NCBI GenBank assembly: GCA_002269645.1
Contig: NIVC01001897.1
Span: 211,873 to 275,872 of the forward strand
Direction: 5' to 3'
Length of the DNA: 64,000 nt
Source: Macrostomum lignano
Taxonomy: Eukaryota
The notes beneath the pieces were generated by a model. The model worked only from the letters and a program-made list of their open reading frames with translations, was not told where the DNA came from and made no database searches. Shown here in pieces: positions 44,447 to 54,473 of this stretch. Position 1 is the stretch's first letter. The number at the start of each line of letters is the position of its first letter. The position numbers and the translations under genes are program-made.

Positions 44447-45949
44447 GCCAGCAGAGACTCCGCACTGCAGGGCTGCTCAGCCCGCCGAAGGTCCCGCCGA
44501 AGTCAAGCAGCCGGACTCGCTGCCACCAGGGTGGACGCGTCGAGCCAGACCTCCTCCTCCTGGCTGCTCGCCGAACGCCGCAGCCCACCTGCAGAGGAAG
44601 CGGCTGGAGCATCGGAGGCCGGGGAGTGCTCTGTGACTCTGTACGATTTTGATGGCAGAGGCAAATTTACCAGAGAGGTGAGCGGTTTGTCACGCTATCT
44701 ATGATGTAGAGTTCCGTACCTGTCTCACGTTCTCACGCCCTTCTCTCCCTCTTCTCTCTTCTTTCCCTGCTGCTCTACCCCCATCTCTACACCCCACCCC
44801 TATTGTACTGTCTAGAGCCTTTCTACTCCTCCACCTCTCTTCTCCTCTCCTCTCCACCTCTCCTCTCCTCTCCTCAATATCTCTACCTCGCCTTTGTCTC
44901 TCTCTCTAATTCTCCTTTGTCTCACTCTCTACCTCACCTTTGTCTCCCTCTCTACCTCGCCTTTGTCTCACTCTCTACCTCACCTTTGTCTCCCTCTCTC
45001 TCCACCTCGCCTTTGTCTCCCTCTCTCTCTACCTCGCCTTTGTCTCCCTCTCTCTCTACCTCGCCTTTGTCTCCCTCTCCACCTCGCCTTTGTCTCCCTC
45101 GCTCTCCACCTCGCCTTTGTCTCCCTCTCTACCCCACCTTTGTCTCCCTCTCTCTCCACCTCACCTTTGTCTCCCTCTCTACCTCACCTTTGTCTCCCTC
45201 TCTCTACCTTGTCTCCTTTTCTGTATCCTATCTAGCCTCAACTTACACGGCGATTTTAGGTCCATTCAGACTTTTACATCCCAGTGCAAGCAGAGACCGA
45301 AGCCCCAGCGTACAACCCCATCCAACCCCAGGACCTGTCAGCCCTGACTCGGGCCCTGGGCAAAGCCATTGAGAAGCGGCTCACCTGCAAGTCGACCTCA
45401 ACAACCGCCCAGTCAACAGCTTCATCAAGCTCGCTGCAGCTTCGCGTCTCAATCGTGCCCAGAGAAGACGCAAATTCAACAGCAGCCACATCGATGTCTA
45501 GTTTTTCTGCCGACTGCGGCATCGGCTCGGGCACCGGCAGCAGCTTCCAGCCTCCGCTGAAGCCGCTTCATCACCATCACCAAGCAGGATCTCGTCACCG
45601 ATCTCGGCATCAGCGGCACCGCTCGAATCGGCCGCCGCCGCCGCCTCCGCCGCCGTCGCCTCCTTTGCCGGCGACTCCCAACGACGCCAGTGATTTGGCG
45701 CCGTCAAACAGTTCGACTGGCTCGGCTGATGCTGCAGCGGCTGTCGCAGCAGAGTCGTCCATCTCAGCGATGCAGCTGGTTGCCGAGTGGCTGCAGCGGC
45801 CGCCGTCGGAGGCGACGGCCTCCAGCGACATTGTCGACGAAGAAAACAAAGTCGACGATGTTCTACGCCGGGGCGACGTGGTACATCGGCACCGACACGT
45901 GCACCGACATCACCACCATTTTCACTATCATCACTACTATGACTGCTGA
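44447..45949 (+). CDS. NKD: Naked cuticle homolog (Wnt antagonist), last two exons 44447-44677 and 45332-45949; 5' exons unresolved
   Basis: The spliced junction gives VTLYDFDGRGKFTRE|DLSAL, the NKD EF-hand (FTLYDFDNNGKVTREDITSL), followed by SLQLRVSIVP and a C-terminal His-rich tail VHRHRHVHRHHHHFHYHHYYDC*. Confidence 0.88.
44720..45235 (+). repeat. CT-rich minisatellite (ctctccacctcgcctttgtctcc) in the NKD last intron
   Basis: Direct reading. Confidence 0.9.
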
Positions 45950-45964
45950 GATCAGGAAGCCTAG

Positions 45965-46710
45965 GAATTCCCGCTGGAGAATCTTCCTCCGAATTCTCCT
46001 CTGACGGAAAAGATTCCCTCTGGAGAATCTTCCTCCGAATTCTCCTCTGACAGAAAAGATACCCTCTGGAGAATCTTCCTCCGAATTCTCCTCTGACGGA
46101 AAAGATTCCCTCTGGAGAATCTTCCTCAGAATTCTCCTCCGACGGAAAAGATTCCCTCTGGAGAATCTTCCTCAAAATTTTCCTCCGACAGAAAAGATTC
46201 CCTTTGGAGAATCTTCCTCCGAATTCTCCTCTGACGGAAAAGATTCCCTCTGGAGAATCTTCCTCAGAATTCTCCTCCGACGGAAAAGATTCCCTCTGGA
46301 GAATCTTCCTCAAAATTCTCCTCCGACAGAAAAGATTCCCTTTGGAGAATCTTCCTCCGAATTCTCCTCTGACGGAAAAGATTCCCTCTGGAGAATCTTC
46401 CTCAAAATTCTCCTCCGACAGAAAAGATTCCCTTTGGAGAATCTTCCTCCGAATTCTCCTCTGACGGAAAAGATTCCCTCTGGAGAATCTTCCTCTGAAT
46501 TCTCCCCTGACAGAAAAGATACCCTCTGGACAATCTTCCTCAGAATTGTCCCCTGACGAAAAAATTCCCTTTGGAGAATCTTCCTCAGAAATTTTGCTCT
46601 GACAAAACATTCTCTTGGGGAATCTTCCTTTGAATTTCTATAACGGAAAAGATTCCCTTTAGAGAATCTTTATCGAAATTCTCTGACAGAAAAGATTCCC
46701 TCTGCATCAT
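45965..46710 (+). repeat. 46-bp minisatellite immediately after the NKD stop codon
   Basis: Period 46 (46021 to 46067). Confidence 0.95.
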
Positions 46711-47341
46711 TTTATTTTTCTAGAATCTTACCCTTCTACAAGTCCTCTCGAATTACCCATCAAGAATCCCCCCTTAGTTAATCAAACCGTGGGAATTTTC
46801 GGAGAAACAACAACAGTCTGACTGGGCTGAATACCTGATGTGCAGTATCATGTGTGTGTCTTCTCGCTTTTTTAATGTATGGTGAGGTATATTTATAGTG
46901 CAGCTTTGATGCGCGTGCAATATTTTGTGAATTTTCAGTCTACATGTAATTGCAATTAATGTTTAAATGAAGAGTATTATTCTAAGCTAAACAGCGTCAC
47001 ATTTATGTGGCACTACTCATAAGTAATCGGAATCGTACTGTACTCGTAGCTGTGGCATTTCCAGGTTGAATCAAGCAGATTTTTTAATTAGCCAATCAAT
47101 GTTTTTTGTCTATTTTGTTTAAACTGCCTGTTAAAATCGGTCTTTTCATAAACTATAAATTTACCATGTACATGTATCTTTAGTTGTTGTTTAGGCATTA
47201 GCCACCTGGCATTATTGAAGTCGCAATATACTGTTGGAAGTAATAAAACTCGAAACTGCGAATTAAAAAAAATTATTAATTTTTCTTTCAATGATTTCTG
47301 CAAGTTTAAGCCACGCGAATTCTGCCAGCAGGTCAATCTAT

Positions 47342-48025
47342 TCACCATTTCAGAGTTGCTCTGTCACAAGTTCCTACACCATTTTAGTTGCTCTGTCACA
47401 AGTTCCTGCACCATTTCAGTTTTTCTGTCAAAAGTTCCTTCACACTTCAGTTGCTGTCACAAGTTTCTCTATCATTTCAGAGTTGCTCTGTCACAAGTTC
47501 CTCCACAATTTCAGAGTTGCCCTGTCACAAGTTCCTTCACACTTCAGTTGCTGTCACAAGTTTCTCCATCATTTCAGAGTTGCCCTGTCACAAGTTCCTC
47601 CACCATTTCAGATTTGCTGTCACAAGTTCCTCCACCATTTCAGAGTTGCTCTGTCACAAGTTCCTTCACACTTCAGTTGCTGTCAAAAGTTTCTCCATCA
47701 TTTCAGAGTTGCCCTGTCACAAGTTCCTCCACCATTTCAGATTTGCTGTCACAAGTTCCTCCACAATTTCAGAGTTGCTCTGTCACAAGTTCCTCCACAC
47801 TTCAGTTGCTGTCACAAGTTCCTCCATCATTTCAGAGTTGCCCTGTCACAAGTTCCTCCACCATTTCAGATTTGCTGTCACAAGTTCCTCCACAATTTCA
47901 GAGTTGCTCTGTCACAAGTTCCTTCACACTTCAGTGGCTGTCACAAGTTCCTCCACAATTTCAGAGTTGCTCTGTCACAAGTTCCTCCACCATTTCAGTT
48001 GCTGTCACAAGTTCCTGCACCACTT
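47342..48025 (+). repeat. Higher-order repeat of four 30-34-bp monomers, period 129 bp
   Basis: The ttcc(t/c)tcacac landmark occurs at 47661, 47790 and 47919. Confidence 0.9.
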
Positions 48026-48504
48026 CAGACGATGCACAATTACCGTTGAGAATAAATTTAAGAAAGTCCAAAATCCTACAGCAAGAAATTCAACTTTACA
48101 CGGTTACATTAAAAGCATTCAATCTGCTTTCGCTTACAAAAAAGCCAACCGAAAAAAACGAATCTTCTCTTTGTAATTTGAAAAACATATAGTGCAAAAT
48201 GTTGATTTATAACTCCGACAGAGCAGTGCATTCCCATAGTAGCAAGAACTAACAAAGAAAATATATTTTAAAAATCAAACAATTAAACACTTTTGCAAAG
48301 GTGCAAGTGTATCTATGGACACAGTATAGCACAATCACAATAAAAATGACGCTTAAAGATCAAAAATTCTTTCGGCTAATGAGGAAGTGATACGCAGAAT
48401 CCCAGTAGTTAATGAAATGAACGAGCATCAGAGTGTCCCAGAATCCCGACTTGATGGAGGCGGAAGCATATCCCAGAATCCTCATTCATGGAGAAGGAAA
48501 GGAA

Positions 48505-49877
48505 CCGGAAGCAACCCAGAATCCCAATTGATGGGGAAGTGGCGGAACCGGAAGCATCCCAGAATCCCAATTGATGGGGAAGTGGCGGAACTGGAAGTAA
48601 CCCAGAATCCCAATTGATGGGGAAGTGGCGGAACCGGAAGAATCCCAGAATCCCAATTGATGGAGAAGTGGCGGAACCGGAAGTAACCCAGAATCCCAAT
48701 TGATGGAGAAGTGGCGGAACCGGAAGAATCCCAGAATCCCAATTGATGGAGAAGTGGCGGAACCGGAAGAATCCCAGAATCCCAATTGATGGAGAAGTGG
48801 CGGAACCGGAAGCATCCCAGAATCCCAATTGATGGGGAAGTGGCGGAACCGGAAGCATCCCAGAATCCCAATTGATGGGGAAGTGGCGGAACCGGAAGCA
48901 TCCCAGAATCCCAATTGATGGGGAAGTGGCGGAACCGGAAGCATCCCAGAATCCCAATTGATGGGGAAGTGGCGGAACCGGAAGAATCCCAGAATCCCAA
49001 TTGATGGAGAAGTGGCGGAACCGGAAGTAACCCAGAATCCCAATTGATGGAGAAGTGGCGGAACCGGAAGAATCCCAGAATCCCAATTGATGGAGAAGTG
49101 GCGGAACCGGAAGCAACCCAGAATCCCAATTGATGGGGAAGTGGCGGAACCGGAAGCAACCCAGAATCCCAATTGATGGGGAAGTGGCGGAACCGGAAGA
49201 ATCCCAGAATCCCAATTGATGGAGAAGTGGCGGAACTGGAAGTAACCCAGAATCCCAATTGATGGGGAAGTGGCGGAACTGGAAGCATCCCAGAATCCCA
49301 ATTGATGGGGAAGTGGCGGAACCGGAAGCAACCCAGAATCCCAATTGATGGGGAAGTGGCGGAACCGGAAGCAACCCAGAATCCCAATTGATGGGGAAGT
49401 GGCGGAACTGGAAGCATCCCAGAATCCCAATTGATGGGGAAGTGACGGAACCGGAAGCAACCCAGAATCCCAATTGATGGGGAAGTGACGGAACCGGAAG
49501 CAACCCAGAGTCCCAATTGATGGGGAAGTGACGGAACCGGAAGCAACCCAGAGTCCCAATTGATGGGGAAGTGACGGAACCGGAAGCAACCCAGAATCCC
49601 AATTGATGGGGAAGTGACGGAACCGGAAGCAACCCAGAATCCCAATTGATGGGGAAGTGACGGAACCGGAAGCAACCCAGAATCCCAATTGATAGGGAAG
49701 TGACGGAACCGGAAGCAACCCAGAATCCCAATTGATGGGGAAGTGGTGGAACTGGAATCAACCCAGAATCCCAATTGATGGGGAAGTGGCGGAACCGGAA
49801 GCAACCCAGAATCCCAATTGATGGAGAAGTGGCGGAACCGGAAGCAACCCAGAATCCCAATTGATGGGGAAGTGGCA
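48505..49877 (+). repeat. 43-bp minisatellite (cccagaatcccaattgatggggaagtggcggaaccggaagcaa), about 32 copies
   Basis: Period 43 (48515 to 48558). Confidence 0.95.
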
Positions 49878-50604
49878 AAAACAGTTTTAGAGAGCTAAAA
49901 AACTGCTACAAACATGGACAAAGTTAGCACATGAAGCCAGTACGGCAAACAGACACAGGGCGAGTTTTATTTTCAGTAGAATCGAATAGAATACATATTG
50001 TCCAATGTAACATCCAGATAAAAAGCTATTAATAATGCACTACTCACATTCGTAATCCATAACAATTGAATTTGATTGGCAAAAGATCAGACAGCTTCAT
50101 CCAGCACTGATCGATTCAAAACAAGGGAAAATGAAGAGCTCAAACTAATAGAATAATGAGGCGAGAACGCAAACAAGCGACTAAAAAGTTATAACAAAAA
50201 AACAACAAAACACGCAACTTCACAGCAACAAACAAACAAACCTGACGGTTGGATTTGACGCGAAGAATAAATTGGTCGTATAATACGATTCTCATTTTCA
50301 TTCTGGTCCATCTTTATCGCAAGCCGCCGCATTCTAATTATAATACTACTTAATTACTAACAGGACAGTAGTCTGAACAGCGTATTGTAATTATTTTATT
50401 TTTTACACAAAAATATTTATTCGAATTGGAACACTCAAAAGTTTAATCTAACCACAATTGGTAAAGCAGTTCAACGTTGAATAAAATAGGATTCCATTAG
50501 GGACAGCTTTCATCAGGGTTTACAATTCGAGCGAAGTCACTGTTAGACACCGAAACCTCATCATTAGACAACAAAATCTCACCCTTAAACCCTGGAATCT
50601 CACC

Positions 50605-51400
50605 TTCTTAAACGCCAGAATCTCATCCCATTAGACACAAGAGTCTCACTCTATCAGACGCCAGAATCTCATCCCATTAGACACAAGAATCTCACTCTAT
50701 CAGACGCCAGAATCTCATCCCATTAGACACAAGAATCTCACTCTATCAGACGCCAGAATCTCATCCCATTAGACACAAGAGTCTCACTCTATCAGACGCC
50801 AGAATCTCATCCCATTAGACACAAGAGTCTCACTCTATCAGACGCCAGAATCTCATCCCATTAGACACAAGAATCTCACTCTATCAGACGCCAGAATCTC
50901 ATCCCATTAGACACAAGAATCTCACTCTATCAGACGCCAGAATCTCATCCCATTAGACACAAGAATCTCACTCTATCAGACGTCAGAATCTCATCCCATT
51001 AGACACAAGAATCTCACTCTATCAGACGCCAGAATCTCATCCCATTAGACACAAGAATCTCACTCTATCAGACGTCAGAATCTCATCCCATTAGACACAA
51101 GAATCTCACTCTATCAGACGTCAGAATCTCATCCCATTAGACACAAGAATCTCACTCTATCAGACGTCAGAATCTTATTCTATTAGACACCAGAATCTCA
51201 CCCTATTACATGCCGGAATCTTACCCCATTAAACGCCGAAATCTTACTTCATTACACGCAGGAATCTCACCCTATTATACGCCAGAATCTCACCCTATTA
51301 GACGCCGGAAATTCACCCTCAGAAACTGGAATCTTACCCTTAGAAGCTGGAATCTCACCCTTAGAAGACAGAGTCTCACCCTTAGAAACCGGAATCTCAC
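50605..51400 (+). repeat. 46-bp dimeric repeat of two 23-bp subunits with diverged monomers at the edges
   Basis: gaatctcactctatcagacgcca alternates with gaatctcatcccattagacacaa. Confidence 0.9.
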
Positions 51401-51513
51401 ACGGAAACCCGCAAAAACGAAGCCAGCCCCGTATGAACAAAAGCTGCCAAAAAAGCGATAAAACCACAGTAAGAACCGCAATAAATTTTTACAAGAATTC
51501 TTTACCGGCCAGC

Positions 51514-52437
51514 TCAACCCTCGCCATCACCCAGAGCCTGCTCGTGCAGAATCACTTTGAACTTCTCGAGCTCCTCCATCAGCTGCCGATTCTGTGTAGT
51601 CAGCAGCCTAACCCGGTTCTCCAGGCACCGGATGTAGTCCTTCTTCTTCTGCCGGCAGACTCGAGCGGCTTCGCGATTTTTAATCAGCCGCGACTCCCGC
51701 TTCCGGTGCAGATAGTCCGGATCGGCGCTGCCGCGGGTTCCGCCCGAACCGGAAGCGCCAGCGACACCGGAAGCGCTAGAAGACTGCTGCTGCTGCTGCT
51801 GCTTCAACTGGTGCTGTTGCAGCAGCAGCTGCTGCTGACGCCGCTGAAGCGACACGGCCGAGGACTCGCAGCTGGATTCGTCTTCGTCCATGCCGTCCCC
51901 GTTCATCGGCTGCGACTCCTCGGGACCTTCCAGATTGTCGCCGAGCTCTTCGCCTTGTCCTCCGTCGCCGTAACTGTCGTCGAGATCGTCGCCTGACGCC
52001 GCCGCCGACATCAGCTGAGGATGGTGCCGGCGCATCGGCAGGTTCATCGACGAAGTCGATTGCGCAGCGAAAGCGGCAGCGGCGGCCGCGGCGGCGGCGG
52101 CAGCAGCGGCTGCCCCGGTGTTCACCGGCACAAACGCGGAACTGCTGGTTCCGCCAACCAGCGTAGCCGAGGGCGCCGCTGCCACCGCCGCCGACGAAGT
52201 TGACGACGCTGACGTCATGAGGATGCGTTGAATGGCGTGCGGCGGCAGGGAGTACCCGGAGACTGTCTGACGGTGCAGCAGGGGCGGCGGCGGCACAGGC
52301 GCTAGCGGCGAGTTGGCCTCGAGCTTCGGGTAGTGCCGTGGCGCCCGGCGTCCGCCGTCGTCGTCGCTGCCGCCGCCAGTCGGGCTTGCGGCTCTGGCCG
52401 AGCGCTTGCCTGCGGCAGCGGCGGAGGCCTTCGATTG
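51514..52437 (-). CDS. CREB/CREM/ATF1-family bZIP transcription factor; 924-nt open exon after an AG acceptor, first in-frame ATG at 52218
   Basis: RKRESRLIKNREAARVCRQKKKDYIRCLENRVRLLTTQNRQLMEEL matches the CREB-family basic region and leucine zipper. Confidence 0.88.
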   Translation of the reverse strand, partial: QSKASAAAAGKRSARAASPTGGGSDDDGGRRAPRHYPKLEANSPLAPVPPPPLLHRQTVSGYSLPPHAIQRILMTSASSTSSAAVAAAPSATLVGGTSSSAFVPVNTGAAAAAAAAAAAAAAFAAQSTSSMNLPMRRHHPQLMSAAASGDDLDDSYGDGGQGEELGDNLEGPEESQPMNGDGMDEDESSCESSAVSLQRRQQQLLLQQHQLKQQQQQQSSSASGVAGASGSGGTRGSADPDYLHRKRESRLIKNREAARVCRQKKKDYIRCLENRVRLLTTQNRQLMEELEKFKVILHEQALGDGEG

Positions 52438-52499
52438 CTGATTGGTGCGAGACGGCTGAAGAATCGGGGCCGGAGACTGGCTTGGTTTAAAGTGCTTCG

Positions 52500-53320
52500 T
52501 ACCCAGCCTGCTATCTACCTTGCTTGTCTACTCTGCCATCTACCTTTTTGTCAACTCTGTTATCTACTTTTCTGTCTTCTCTTTTATCTACCCTTCTGTT
52601 TCATCAGCCATCTAACTTCTGTCTACTCTGTTATCTACCTTTCTGCCTACTCTTTTATCTACCCTTCTGTCTCATCAGCCATCTACCTTTCTGTCTACTC
52701 TGCTATCTACCTTTCTGTCTACTCTGTTATCTACCTTTCCGTCTACTCTGTTATCTACCTTTCTGTCTACTCAGCCATCTACCTTTCGGTCTACTCAGCC
52801 ATCTACCTTTCTGTCTACTCAGCCATCTACTTTTCGATCTACTCAGCCATCTACCTTTCGGTCTACTCCGCCATCTACCTTTCTGTATACTTCAGTCATC
52901 TACCTTTCTATCTAATCTGCCATATAACTTTCTGTCTACTCAGCCATCTACCTTTCTGTCTACTCAGCCATCTACCTTTCGGTCTACTCAGCCATCTACC
53001 TTTCTGTCTACTCTGCAATCTACCTTTCTGTCTACTTCAGTCATCTACCTTTCTATCTAATCTGCCATATAACTTTCTGTCTACTCAGCCATCTACCTGT
53101 CTGTCTACTCTGCAATCTACCTTTCTGTCTACTTCAGTCATCTACCTTTCTATCTAATCTGCCATATAACTTTCTGTCTACTCAGCCATCTACTTTTCGA
53201 TCTACTCAGCCATCTACCTTTCTGTATACTCAGCCATCAACCTTTTTGTCTACTTAGTTATCTGCCCTTCTGTCTACTCTGTTATCTACCTTTCTGTCTA
53301 CTCTGCCATCAACCTTTCGT
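52500..53320 (+). repeat. 24-bp minisatellite (tctacctttctgtctactcagcca)
   Basis: Direct reading. Confidence 0.9.
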
Positions 53321-53894
53321 CTTATGAGTAATCTACAGTACTTAGTTGTCTATCCTGTTGCCTGACCTAATGTTCAAAGTAATAAACGCAATAAAAAGGC
53401 ATTAGAGGATGCGGTCGAACCAGAACACTAACCAGTCATTATTTATTTGTCAATCAGATATAAACAGCAACAAATGTGCGTTGTACAGAGCCACACTTTT
53501 GGGTGGATATCAGAAGCGGATATTTTATATGCATAATATAAGGATAATATTAAACAGTTTTGTCGTATTAATAAGCTAGTATTGGTTTGTTAAATACTCT
53601 CAGATGACGCCCAACCGATTAACTATTGCACCGTTGCAAGCCTACTGCAGATACACCAATCAATCAATATTAACAGATCGCATTGAAATACAGACAGGAT
53701 GCATGCGCAGACCGCGTAATTGGAATTTGTCTGTTTGAAAACACAAAAAAATTTTCATTAGGAAACATACTAATCGAAGGGACTTTGATTTCAATATCTT
53801 TTGATGCAAATTTTTACACAGGACAAAAACAAAAATAGATTGATTCGCGATCATAGGATTTCGGTCGCAAATGGAACAGCTGAGAATTGCGAGC

Positions 53895-54158
53895 AGACAC
53901 TAAGACAGACACAGAAAGATAGACAGATAGACACTAAGACAGACAGACACTAAGACAGACAGACAGACACTAAGACAGACAGACAGACAGACACTAAGAC
54001 AGACAGACAGACAGACACTAAGACAGACAGACAGATAGACAGACAGACAGATAGACAGACAGACAGACAGACAGACACCAGACAGACAGACAGCCAGACA
54101 GACAGACAGACAGACAGACAGACACTAAGACAGACAGACAGACAGACAGACAGACACA

Positions 54159-54207
<49 letters not shown>

Positions 54208-54241
54208 GGCAGACAGACAGACAGACAGACAGACAGACACC

Positions 54242-54298
<57 letters not shown>

Positions 54299-54397
54299 CC
54301 AGACAGACAGACAGCCAGACAGACAGCCAGACAGAACAGACAGACAGCCAGACAGACAGACAGACAGCCAGACAGCCAGACAGACAGAACAGACAGA
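53895..54397 (-). repeat. (TGTC)n microsatellite on the minus strand
   Basis: (GACA)n on plus with gacactaagaca interruptions. Confidence 0.95.
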
Positions 54398-54473
54398 TGT
54401 AATTAGCCACTCACACTACAATCTTGAGTTCACCCGCACTGCAACAGTCTCTACAGTTAAAGCCATCACCGTC

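Noticed and set aside
47215-48192. Three overlapping 250-325-aa plus-strand ORFs
   Set aside because: A consequence of the stop-free 129-bp higher-order repeat.
48409-49878. Three 410-489-aa minus-strand ORFs
   Set aside because: The 43-bp unit lacks stops on that strand, so all three frames are rotations of one repeat; there are no unique domains.
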